From positions 4,363,137-4,417,716 of the forward strand of contig NC_057751.1 in the NCBI RefSeq assembly GCF_004010195.1: a stretch of DNA of 54,580 bases. The letters are read 5' to 3'. A model generated the notes under the pieces. The model was not told the origin of the DNA and did not search any database. It saw only the letters and a list, made by a program, of their open reading frames with translations. The translations under genes and the position numbers were made by a program. Below are positions 1-11,061 of this stretch, one piece after another (positions within the stretch are counted from its first letter, which is position 1; every line of letters starts with the position of its first letter). Source of the stretch: Chiloscyllium plagiosum. Taxonomy: Eukaryota.

Positions 1-1124
1 GAGAGCCCAGAGGGTACAAGTGACCAACAGCAGGAAGGAGGTGCCCACACCAGGGAGCTCCGACTGAGCTGCTGTCTGTCCAGAAACCACCCATGACAGC
101 ACCCCAATGTCATTTGGGGTGACATTTCACTCAAACCTCACTAAATACCCAACCGCTTCCTCAACAGGGCAGGGAGACCTGGATGCACATGTCACCACGG
201 GGGGATTAACATGGATTCCAAAAGCCCTGAGATGAACCAGCAGCAATCTCCCACAGTATTCCTGCCTGGGAGCTGCTGGGTTCTCTCTCTCCCGAGGCCT
301 GGTGGAGAGGGGAGCTTTTGAGGTGACCTCTCCCATGATCCCCATGCGCACGTGGTGGGACCTGCCGTTGTCATCGCAGCGCCCGACCCTTCCTCGGAAA
401 TGCACAACGATGCTTCGATGCCCAGCTCCCAGTGAAGCCCTCTCACCCGCCCACCCACCAGTCAGCCCCAGGCTTGGCAAGCTCTGAGGTAACCTGAGGT
501 GGGGTGGGATTGGGGTTGGGTGGGGGGGGGGGGGGAGAAATGGCTCCAGGAACACAACGCAGAGGGTCGGAGGGGGATGGTGATTGGTGGATGCAGGGAG
601 GCAGTTATTATGATTGGTCAGCAGGAACAGAGGAGGAAGATGGACAGGTCAGGGTGGAGGGGAAGGGAAGGGCTAGACATGGGATCAGGCAGGGGGAAGG
701 GGTGGAGGGAATTTGAAGCTGGGGTCAACTCTGTGTTAAGACCATAAGACAAAGGAGTGGAAGTAAGGCCATTGGCCCATCGAGTCTGATGGCTGATGGG
801 TATTTCAACTCCGCTTACCCGCACTCTCCCAGTATGCCTTAATTCCTTGCAGATTAAGAGACGTCCCTGCAGGGAGTGGGAATTAAAACGGATGCCTTCT
901 GCAAGGTGGGGTAGATCACTGAGTGCAGAGCACAAATGCTCTGTGAACTGGTGCCTGAGTCTGCATTTGGTCTCCACCCCACTCCACTCCACCCCACCAC
1001 AGACGAAGCTCAGACAGACCTCGCAAATCGCAGTGGGTGCTCAGCCCGCAGCATGTTTCCCCCTCCCCAGGGGCAATGCCACGTGTGATGGAGGGGTGAG
1101 AGTGGGGCAGTCTCAGATACTCAC

Positions 1125-1266
1125 TCATCCACTCCAGTGGCGTCTCCGTGCAGCGTGCAGTACCAGTTCACGGGCAGAAACTCCACCCGGCCAATCTTCT
1201 GCTCCTCAGCCGCCCTCCTGAAGTGAGTCTGAAGCAGGCTGAGAGAGGCGTTGCGGAAATCGTTGA
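1125..1266 (-). CDS. DDHD2: DDHD2-like phospholipase, coding exon 6 (142 nt; [48 protein letters not shown]); gene continues left of the window
   Basis: Acceptor ctgctcgtcacAG and donor GA|GTGAGT; phase 1 in, phase 2 out. The peptide matches DDHD2 [35 protein letters not shown]. Confidence 0.9.
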
Positions 1267-1957
1267 CTGTGACGAGCAGAGAGAGCGAGTTAGGCAGCAG
1301 CTTGAGTGGGCAGCTGCCCTCCATCCACGCCCTCGGACAGGGCAACGTTGCCTCTGGGAAGTAGGTGGGGGTGAGGCCAACGTTGCCTCTGGTCATCGTG
1401 CCACAGACCAGAGGACAGCAGAACTCCTTTCCCCTCCCCCTGCCTGTCAGATCTGCTGCCAATCCCCGGGAACACTGCCCTGACACAGTGACCACTCAAA
1501 GCAGCTGAGTCCCTCCAAGGTGTCCACAGGGAAAGCTGCAAGGACAGCAGGAGGCGGTAGACTGACCCCAGGGCATCTCTGGGACAAGGGAAAACCACCT
1601 GCAGCAATGTCCAACACATTCCCAAACGAAACTGAGTGGTCCACCCCAAATCCCGGCACTCAACTTAAGTTTCCACTCTGTGCATTCATTTGACAAACTC
1701 CCACCCCCCCGCTTTTTGCTTCCTTTTCCAGTGAAGGAACTTGAACAGAAGCTGGGAAACTTTGGCTGTCTGTGGCTTGACATATTTCTGAGAGGCAAAA
1801 AAGAACTCCCCGGTGTGAATTTCTGCGCAGAGTGTGGCAGCACTGTGCACAGTCTTAGCAACTGGCACAAATACAGTGACACAGCTCACAATAACCCCGA
1901 ACTGGTCACCAAACAGCAGGAATGTGCCTCACACCCTGGTCATGTGTGTGGGGATGT

Positions 1958-2034
1958 GGGATGGCATGGTGGCTCAGTCATTAGTACTGCTACCTCTCAG
2001 CACCAGGGTTCAATTCCAGCCTTGGGCAACTGTC
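1958..2034 (+). mobile_element. HE1-type SINE, 5' head only
   Basis: tRNA-derived head ggcatggtggctcagtcattagtactgct...ggttcaattccagcc, with A-box- and B-box-like motifs. Confidence 0.75.
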
Positions 2035-2040
2035 CATGTC

Positions 2041-2348
2041 GATTCCCAGCAGAGTGGAAACAGGCCCTTCGGCCCAATAAGTCCAAACCGACCCTCCAAA
2101 GGGTAACCCACCCAGACCCATTTCCTTCTGCCTAATGCACCGAACACTATGGGTAATTTAGCATAGCCAATTTACCTGACCTGCACACCTTTGGACTGTG
2201 GGAGGAAACCGGAGCACATGGAGGAAACCCACACAGACACAGGGGGAACGTGCAAACTCCACACAGACAGTCACCCAAGGCTGGAATTGAACCAGTGTGC
2301 CTGGCGCTGTGAGGCAGCAGTACTAACAACTGAGCCACCGTGCCACCC
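2041..2348 (-). mobile_element. HE1-type tRNA-derived SINE, full length
   Basis: Reverse complement of the copies at 8722 and 30417: head, V-SINE-like core (gtttgcacgttcccc...tcctcccacagtccaaag) and a CR1/HER1-derived tail. Confidence 0.88.
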
Positions 2349-3738
2349 CAGACTTCCATACTGTCGGAAGTCTCCCACTGAGACACATCCTGAGGGGCTC
2401 ACTCCTTGTCTTGTGGATCTGACTTGGATCAAACTGTTCATTTCTCACATGCCTCTGGGGTTGGGGTGTCAGCATACAACTGAGGTAAGGAGGAATGGAG
2501 AATCTCTGGAACACCTTGCAACAGGGAGCACTGAGGGGGTGGAGGTGGTCACAGAATGTTGGTGTCCATCGAAGGCTGAGACAGAGGGATGTTTAATCAG
2601 TCAGGGAATTAAGGATTAGGTGGAAAGGAAAGGAACATGGATGGCAGGACTCTCAGGTCAGCCGTGATGCCAGTGGATGGTGGAGCAGGCTCGGGGGGGG
2701 GGGGGGGGGGCGAAGAGCCTACTCCCATTCCTACGTCCTCCGGTCCACAGCGAGAACAGGATGCGAGGTAGCTGTCTGTTTGTACCCTGGTCCACAAAGG
2801 GTGGAAGGCTGGAGCAGGCCCAAGGTCAGAACCAGGTGGACAATCTCCCTCTGATGGTTGCTACTGCTTAGCTACCTTCCTCCCCGTCCCCCGTTCCCCC
2901 AGCCCCACCCTGCTCCCATTTATCTCTCCACCCCCCGAGGCTCCCAGCCTCATTCCTGATGAAGGGCTCCTGCCCAAAATATCCTCGGATGCTGCCTGAC
3001 CTGCTGTGCTTTTTCAGCACCACTCTGATCTTGACTCTGATCTCCAGCATCTACAGTCCCCAGTTTCACCTAATCTCAGTCTGACGACCAGTGTTTGTTT
3101 AAAGGGAACACATCAGGCTGGGTGCCTCGTTCACAGTCACACTTGCCATTGCATTATGCTGATTCATGACGAGAAGGCACAGGTTGGATTTGACCCGAGG
3201 GGTTCAGACCCTCACACCAAGGGATTTGGAGAAAGAGATGGGGAGCAGCTCTCCTACATCACCAGGTCTGTGCTGGGCTCACTACCTTGAAAGGGCGAAA
3301 GTGGGTACTGCAGATGCTGGAGATTAGAGTCGTGGTGGAAAAGCACAGCAGGTCAGGCATCATCTTGCACTTCTCTAATCTTGTCACTATCTTGGACACC
3401 TTTGGTATTGATGCTCCCCTGCTTCCACTGAAGCGCTATTCCTGAACAGCACCAGCAATGTGCTTCTGGAGAGCCAGCACTTTTGAGACACTTGACAAGG
3501 ACATGATCAGCTTGAGTGTCTTCAATGAGGTGACCACAATGAATATTTTACCAATGCAGGGTGGAGGGAGGCAGTGATGGGTGGTCAGAATTCACGCCCG
3601 AAGGCACACATGGGTAGGATCCTGTCAGTCAATTCCAATACAGTACTCAACTCAACAGTCACCAGACACACAGTGAGCTAAGAGTAGAGGCCAAGAATTT
3701 GGGGGTGTGGTACAAAGCGAAGGCCAATGGGAACTCAC

Positions 3739-3931
3739 CACACTGAATGATGCTGCGAAAGCGGATATCACATGCAGGCCCAATGCCGTGTACCATGAAC
3801 ACTAAATGGTCCACTTTGACAGGCTCGCCCACAAAGATATCTCCGTAGGTCTGTTCCACCCCTCTCTTCACAGACCACGGCTTACTCTGCTCCGAAGCAG
3901 CCGCGTTCCAGTCTTGGAAATGCATCATCAG
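3739..3931 (-). CDS. DDHD2: DDHD2-like coding exon 5 (193 nt; [64 protein letters not shown])
   Basis: Acceptor ctctctgtttggcctAG and donor G|GTGAGT. [24 protein letters not shown] is the DDHD2 form of this motif; SEC23IP has GPVCDLRFRSIIEC. Confidence 0.92.
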
Positions 3932-5070
3932 CTAGGCCAAACAGAGAGAGGTGGTGGGGATTAGGCAGGGAGTCACAAAGACAGCTTCAACAATCAGGCA
4001 CACGCTGCTCGAACACGGCCAACCTGTCACATTACCCACCCAGATCACAATATCTCCTCCCGGCTGGAGAGGAACGCGGAGCGAGAGTGGTGGTGGAAGG
4101 ACCCAGTTGTCACGGTCCACACAGGGATCAACAACATGGGTAGGACTCGCACAGAGGTTCTGCTGAGGGATTGTAAACAAGTCAGGGCTGAAGCAAAAAG
4201 CACAACTGCAAAGATAATGATCTTCAGATCACCACTTGAGCCACGTGCAAGTCAGCATGGACTGAAGGTATTCAGAGAGAGATATGCCTGGGCTCAAGGA
4301 CTGGTGTGGGTGAAATGGGTTCCATCTGCTGAGGGACTGGTCCATTGGAATCCGCTTCATCTGAAAGGGGCTGGGACCAAAGTCCCAGCAACTTCAGTCT
4401 GTCAGTCAAGCTTTTAACTCGGGTTGGGGGTGGACTTGAAGGGAACTTTAACGGATCAAAATGAAACGAGAGGGGTGCCGGGTAACAAAGGGGGAGGTGT
4501 TACTCCAAGTGGGGGACAGGAAAGGGTCAGAAACACAAGTAGAAGGGTACAGCTGAAACCCAAACCAGAATAAATAATACCTTCACAGATTGCCCACTGA
4601 GCGCTAATCATAAACCATGCCAAAGTGACAAAGGTCATTTTGTTATTTGTTACTGAGTCAAAAGACAGACTATTACTGAAATGGAAAAAGACTCCAAAAA
4701 GTGCTAGGTAGAGAGATGTGGGTATTTCTCTACATGAAATACAGGAAGTGAGCATCAATGTACAACAAGTAACAAAGTAGGCAAATTGAATTTTGTCCTT
4801 TATTGGTTGGGGTCTGAGATTTAAACCTGGCGAAGTCTTGTTCTAACATGCAGGGTGTGGGTGAGGCTGTGCCGGGAGTACAGAGTACTGTCGAGAATAG
4901 AGTGCTGCTGGAAAAGCACAGCAGGTCAGGCAGCATCCGAGGAGCAGGAAAACTGGTGTTTCAGGCAAAAGCCCTTCATCAGGAATGGAGGCCTGCATGG
5001 AGTACTGTTTCAGCCCCGTGTTTAATGAAGGATGTGCTGACACTGGACACAGTTCAAAACGGATTCACTC

Positions 5071-5145
5071 GGGTGATTCCTGGGACACGGGGGGGGGGGG
5101 GGTGATTCCTGGGACACGGGGGGTGATTCCTGGGACACGGGGTGA
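5071..5145 (+). repeat. About 3 tandem copies of gggtgattcctgggacacggg (about 21 bp) within a degenerate CR1 fragment
   Basis: Direct reading of the sequence. Confidence 0.85.
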
Positions 5146-5404
5146 CTTATTGAGGATGAGCCTTTCTTGATGAGGGTCTGGAAGAGTCTTCCTGAGAAAT
5201 GTCAGACTGTGAGGGGGCCTGACAGGGGAGACCTTGAGAAGATGCTCCAGCAATGGGGGATGTTTTCAAACTGGGGACACAGGAGCAGGATTAGGGGACT
5301 CTCTTTTAACCTGAGAGGCAAAAGGAATTTCATCTCTTAGGAGGGCAGTGAATGTCTGGAAGAAATTGCTGGAGAAGCTCCGCAGGTCTGTGAAGAGAAA
5401 TCAG

Positions 5405-5442
5405 AGTTAACGTTTCGGGTCCGGTGACCCCTCCTCAGAACT
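5405..5442 (-). ncRNA. Minimal type I hammerhead ribozyme (Penelope-derived family 2; element about 5362-5445)
   Basis: AGUU-CUGAGGA-G-GGGUC(ACCG)GACCC-GAAAC-GUU-AACU. Confidence 0.75.
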
Positions 5443-5829
5443 GGCGGTCACGTGATGACAGATGGCACTGACTGAGGATCTCAGGACGTGGCGAGAGAAC
5501 GTCCCCAAGGTGGGCATGTCTGGAAGAGATGTGGCAGTGAATCCTCTGCCCCAGACAGTTGGGGAGGCTAGAGCGATGTAAACCTTTCAAGAGGAGACCC
5601 ACTGATCTCTGAAACATTGAGGAGCTGGTACCACAGGCCGGATCAGCAATGACCCTGGTGGGGGCAGGCATGACGGGCCGAATGGCTTACTCCTGCTCCG
5701 ATTTCTTATCCTCAGTGATTGACCACTCAGCTCCAATCTAAACAAATTTCAATGTTACAAAAGGGACACTGGCTGTTCCATCAATGACCATGCACATGTC
5801 AGAAACAGAACAAGATACAGTCTCAGTAC

Positions 5830-5919
5830 CTTGGGATTGTGCAGTTTGATGACTTCTCCACTTGGAAACTGTAATTTTTTGTTCCACTCGTTCGACATTA
5901 CTGCTTCCTTGTATGCTGC
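5830..5919 (-). CDS. DDHD2: DDHD2-like coding exon 4 (90 nt; AAYKEAVMSNEWNKKLQFPSGEVIKLHNPK)
   Basis: Acceptor cttctcttcccaacAG and donor AAG|GTACTG; phase 0/0. Homologous to the family segment ending in HNPK. Confidence 0.9.
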
Positions 5920-7174
5920 CTGTTGGGAAGAGAAGGTGATTTTGAGATAAACCGTCCCAGACAGGGAGACCCGACTTTGCTGAGCCAGCCAAACGCTCGC
6001 ACAGTGCTGACTGAGGGCCAGTTTGTAGCTGAGCCCAGGGGATATCATTCCTCCTCTCAACCTCACACGGTCACCTGGAGCCAGGCTCCACACTCCCCTC
6101 AGCATCAGCCAGATCGCACTCCAAGCTCAGATTTCCAACAAGACAGCAGAGTCAGGAGCTCCTGACCATCTGCCCACAGCAGTTCTGTGGCTCTGTCACC
6201 ACAAGCTCTGAGACTGAGGTTTCCAGCTCTCGGCAAACAGAGCTTTGGAACGTGCTGCCAGCCACAGAGGCTGTTGTGGAGTTACTGCAGCACCACACAG
6301 AGGCCATTCAGCCCCCTGACAGTGCTGCTAGAGGCAATCTCCCTGCACTGGTTGGGTCAATATTGGGAAACTGCTGTGGTCACAGCTCATGGGTTATTCT
6401 CAGTGAGGGCAGGGCAGCTTGCCAAAACAGGAATTACAATTCCCACAGTCAGGAACTCCGTGGGGAAGGTTCAGCCTCAGGCAGCTGTGAATTAATTTTT
6501 CCCAACCTCAACTCCCAGAGTTAAAACACAGAGCACACCCTTAAGGCACTGGCACTCCTCCATTCTTGTACCAATTGGCCCTCCCAAGCCCAGTGACACT
6601 CCCACCTTCCACACAAACCAGTCTGACGTGACAACAGAACTATCCTGCATATCGGAGCTTAATCTGCGGGGGTGTGAAGTCAGGAGGACCCCTGTTGTTC
6701 AGGATTTTGAGGATCTGACGAATGTCCTGAGTTCTACCAGAGTTCTTGGCATCTCGAGATCTGCTTTGTGTGCACTCACAGATAAAAATCTTCGTCCTAA
6801 TTACTTCTCTCGAACAGAGGACCCCAAGCTCAGTGTAAAGTTAAACGCAGACAGGACTGGTAAATTGACAATTGCCAAGTTCCGCTCCGAACCACTAACC
6901 ATCCTGGCTTGGAAATATATCACCGTTCCTTCAGTGTCACTGGGTCAAAATCCTGGAATTGCCTCCCTAAGGGCATTGTGGGTCCCTCTACAGCACATGG
7001 ACTGCAGCGGTTCAAGAAGGCAGCTCACCCCCCAAGGGGCAACTGGGAATGGGCAACAAAAGCCAATGACATCCATGCAGCCCGACAATCACCCCCTGAG
7101 CTGCAGTAAGGGTTTGTCACAACGCTGAGACTTGGCGGGTTGTTGTTGTGATGATATTGGTGTGTGGAACCCAC

Positions 7175-7368
7175 CTCGATCAGGTCACTGAGCTCCTCTG
7201 TGTATGGGTGGTAGCTGTTGTCTTTGTCACTTTTGAAAAACCACATACATCGCCTGACTTGACTGGGTGCCTCCTGCCAGTAAACAGCGTGCCTCGTGCG
7301 ACTGCCCAGAAAGACATCATAGCGGCCTCCGTCTGTTGGCACAGCCACGTCCTCAGAGTCCACTGCTA
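7175..7368 (-). CDS. DDHD2: DDHD2-like coding exon 3 (about 194 nt; [67 protein letters not shown]-like region)
   Basis: Acceptor gttctctttcAG (tandem CAG/TAG/CAG, so the exact start may shift by 3 or 6 nt) and donor GAG|GTGGGT. Contains the family motif PTDGGRYDV...VRRCxWF. Confidence 0.92.
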
Positions 7369-7539
7369 CTGAAAGAGAACATTCGTGAGCAGGCACAGCC
7401 CTGGTGTTTGGCATCTTTCTCCCTCCCTCTGAGCTTGTAGTACCACCCCAGTCACTGTTCCCTGCCCCACTCTGACACAAACAGCATTCCAAACTTGCTA
7501 ACACCCCAGCTGATGTTACCACCAGACAGATCGACAGTC

Positions 7540-8091
7540 ATTCAGAGACCCTTCGGTCCAACTCTTCCGCGCTGACCAAGTTTCAAACTAGTCCCATTTG
7601 CCTGCGTTTGGCCCATATCCCTCCCAACTAGACTAGTCCCATTTGATATGGATGCATTTGATCCATATCCCTCCAACAGTGGCCTCAGGTACGTCCTGTA
7701 CAACCACAACATGATGTCCCAACTCCTGTACTCAATGGTCTGAGCAACGAAGGCAAGCGTGCTAACTGGCTGTTTGCAGTCTGACTACCTGCGGCACAAC
7801 TTTCACTGAACTATATACCGAGGTGTCTGTTCTAGGGCCTCAGGGCCCTATCGTTAAGTGTGTAATTCCGGTCTTGCTCAGCTTACCAAAATGCAACACC
7901 TCGCATTTATTGAAATTAAACTCCATTTGCCACTCCTTGGCAGAAATGAACAACATCCCTTCATAATCTTAGATAACGTTCTTTACTGTCTACTCTAGCA
8001 CCAATTGTGCGGTCATCTACAAACGTACTAACCATGCTTCCTTTATTCTCAATGAAACTTTTGTATAAATGACAAACAACAGTGGACACAG
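7540..8091 (-). mobile_element. Degenerate, internally deleted CR1/HER1 LINE 3' fragment
   Basis: Shares the 3' UTR (gacccttcggtccaac...ggcccatatccctc) and RT-distal sequence with the other copies. Confidence 0.75.
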
Positions 8092-8721
8092 TCATGTCAG
8101 ATCCCAGCCTGAATTCTGGCCTGACAGATCATTTGGTTTTGTTTATCATGGTGATATTTCAATGTTTCTTTCAATTCCTGTCTTGACAGCTTCAGAAATG
8201 TTTCCCTGATTTGTCGCACAACTAAGCTTAAACGTTCTCAGCTTTAAATAGCCGTTCAAAGTTCTAACCAAACACCTCTAGTCCAGAATTTTCAAACTAA
8301 AGCCCTTACGCTGAGGTAACCGATTTCCTAAAGATTCGGAACTTACACCTGTCTCCTGAATCCTGCATTTTTACAGCAGGATTCAGCTCGCTCTTTTGTG
8401 AATTGCTAACAAAAGCTTTCCAATTTTCCAAAGCAAAAACCATTTATTGATTCTTCTTCAGGAAAAGCACAGAAATGCCTTTCATTGGTTGCTCTCTTCA
8501 ACCATAAAAGTGTAACAACACAAACAAATTCACACGGTGACAGCAGGAGGGCCCCCAGTCAGCTTCTCTCTGACAGAAACCTGCTGAAAATCATGGCAAG
8601 TTAGTAACTAAACTTCCTCATATGCATGGACCAAAGCCCACATGCCACTAGCGCAAAATTCAAACTCTGAAAGTAAAAGGTACAAAGATATTTCTATAAA
8701 TACAAGTCTTCCATCATGGAA

Positions 8722-9049
8722 GGTGGCACAGTGGCAATGAGGTCAGCTTGTTGGCTTAGCGGTTAGCACTGCTGTTTCACAGTGCCAGGGACCCAGGTTT
8801 GAATCCAGCCTCAGGTGGCTGTGTGTAGAGTTTGCAAACTCCCCCCGTGTCTGCGTGGGTTGCCTCCAGGTGCTCTGGTTTCCTCCCACAGTTCAAAGAT
8901 GTGCAGGTTCGGGTGGATTGGCCATGCTAAATTGTGTTAGGTGCATTCGTCAGACGGAAATGGGTCTGGTGGGTTACTCTTTGTAGGGTCGGTGTGGACT
9001 GCTTGGGCCAAAGGGCCTGTTTCCACACTGTAGGGAATCTAACAATCTA
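8722..9049 (+). mobile_element. HE1-type SINE, followed by a (GA)n microsatellite at 9050-9108
   Basis: ggttagcactgctg...gggcctgtttccacactgtagggaatcta tail. Confidence 0.88.
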
Positions 9050-9532
9050 AGAGAGAAAGACAGAAAGAGAGAGAGAGAGAGACAGCGCGAGAGAGAGAGA
9101 GAGAGAGACACGTAGGTCTCACAGGTTGGTCTTTCTCTGCCTTGAGAAGGGGGTGCCTGGGGCTGCAGAGGAAGTCTCACCGGGTCAGTGTGACAGATGT
9201 GTTCTGGCTTCTTTCACGTCCCCAGTTTTTAATCATTCTACCAGTGGACAGTGTACCTTCCCCAGAAGCTGGGGCTCAAGAACTCCCTTTCTCTACCAGC
9301 ATCTTAAGAGTTATGGATTTTGCCCTACTGTCCCCCTTTATTGCTGGACACACAGGGTTATGTAGCTGTTAGCTGCCCAGCACACCGGGGGGGGGGGGGG
9401 GGGGGTTAGACCCTCCCTCATCATTGCCCTCCCACCTGCCGTCCTTGTGTTCCTTGCTCCTGACTATCTGCCACCCCCCCCATTGGAATGACACTCCGGC
9501 CACACAGAGAGTTTGGCATTGATGGTCCTTAC

Positions 9533-9746
9533 CAGGAGCTTGCTTCTTGGAAGAGCAGTACTTGGTCTCCAACATGTGAGAGTCTGTCTTACTGAAGGGA
9601 GTCCAGTTGGGGTTGACATCGTCCATCCTGCAGTGGAACCAGTGGGGCTGCACCGTTTGGTAACAGCTCTGGACCCCCTCAGCATGCTGACTTGGCAATG
9701 TCGGATCAGGCTGGCCTTCCCCTGAACCCAGCGTTCCAGGCGGATC
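9533..9746 (-). CDS. DDHD2: DDHD2-like coding exon 2 (214 nt; DPPGTLGSGEGQPDPTLPSQHAEGVQSCYQTVQPHWFHCRMDDVNPNWTPFSKTDSHMLETKYCSSKKQAP)
   Basis: Acceptor cttctgatctttctgacAG and donor G|GTAAGG. Matches the family motif YEPVxPHWFYC...WxPFxxxDSxxLE; phases fit both neighbouring exons. Confidence 0.85.
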
Positions 9747-10770
9747 CTGTCAGAAAGATCAGAAGATTGGGCCATGATCTGCATACACTTGAGTCCCACT
9801 GTCCTCAGATGGGATAGCTGAGGATGCTGTCCAGAGTGAGGCGTGGGCCTCCCTTTGGACCCCTACCAATACCCGTGCCACTTCACCCCTCTCCTCATCC
9901 AACACCCTCTCCTGGCCACCAGTCTAGGAAGGTCTCCAGCAAATCAAGTGTTGTCGGACCTGGCCCCTCCCTGGCTGCCCAGCAGGGTCTGAGCCAGCCA
10001 CATCACCGTGTGCCTGGAGTCACATGTTGGCAGGCAATGATTACTTCCTGTCTTGAGTACCATGATGGAAGGGACACTGAAGTGGGGAATGGTCAGCGCG
10101 GAACGCACGTCCATTGGGAATTCAGCCATGGAGCTTTCCAAAGGCCAACAGCAAAACCAATGGGCACATTTCAGTACCATTCCTGGGAATGAGTGTGCTG
10201 AGGAACAGCCCCCTTTGGCTAGTCCGAGGACGCTCTCAGATATACACCAGTGGCTCTTTTGTAAGAATCGCAATGAAACAACATGCATTTCAGTGGTACA
10301 TGTTGAGGGCTGCAAACTATTCACGGTTTACCATTAGCTGCTTCAGATTTCCCCTGCCCCCAGCTGAAGCAAGGGGCATCGGATTTTACCCAGCCAGTTA
10401 ACAGAGACAAAACACTGCGGATGCTGGAAATCTGGGACAGAGACAGACACTGCTGGCGGAATTCAGCAGTATCTGTGCGGAGAGAGTGTTAAGGCTTTGA
10501 GCGCATTACAGAAGCCAAACGATCAGCAGGATAGGGGCAGCCGTGAGTAAAATCGTGAAAATTCAGTGGGCAGTCAGGAGATAATTTAAGACAGAGCAGT
10601 GTGAGATTTGCACCCTTTACAGTGTAACAATTTGATCCCAGCTCAGAGGTGTTTGGGATCCTCCAGAGCTTTGTTGCACACACTTCACGGTGATAAGACT
10701 GGCTCTCCCTGCGTGTGGAGAGAATAAACGCATGCCTGCGACCACCACCTCGACTGGGGGCAACACCCAC

Positions 10771-11061
10771 CTGGTGTGTATGGCTGGTATCTGGGAGGAC
10801 CGTGTGCTGCTGCCCAGAATGGCAGATGCCCACGCCATTCCCCTCCTTCTGAATCTCGGCAACGGCTGCTTCCCCGGTCTCCTCGTGGCACTCCTCACCG
10901 GCACACGGGGGTTCGACATCAGGAAGAGATGGTCGTGCCGGTTGCCAGGACGGGAGCTGGGAGTCGGTCATCCGCTGCGGTAACTCCCTAGTTCCGTCAG
11001 GAGCAAGGGGTGGCCTGGTACTGTTGCTGGTGGCATTAACAGGAGAGCTTTGCCTCTGCAT
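10771..11061 (-). CDS. DDHD2: DDHD2-like coding exon 1 (exon 10771-11072, ATG at 11061; MQRQSSPVNATSNSTRPPLAP...DTSHTHQ, low-complexity N-terminus)
   Basis: Acceptor gtgttttcctcAG, gtcgacATG with a purine at -3, and donor CAG|GTGGGT in phase 0 with the next exon. No recognisable domain, so the call rests on splice signals and frame. Confidence 0.65.

Noticed and set aside
520..536. Long G homopolymers (also about 2693, 5089 and 9387) as functional G-quadruplex elements
   Set aside because: Simple homopolymers of uncertain length with no further evidence of function.
8094..8720. Possible LTR-like AT-rich block (similar blocks at about 11100-11525 and 37000-37400)
   Set aside because: Could not define both TG...CA ends or a TSD.
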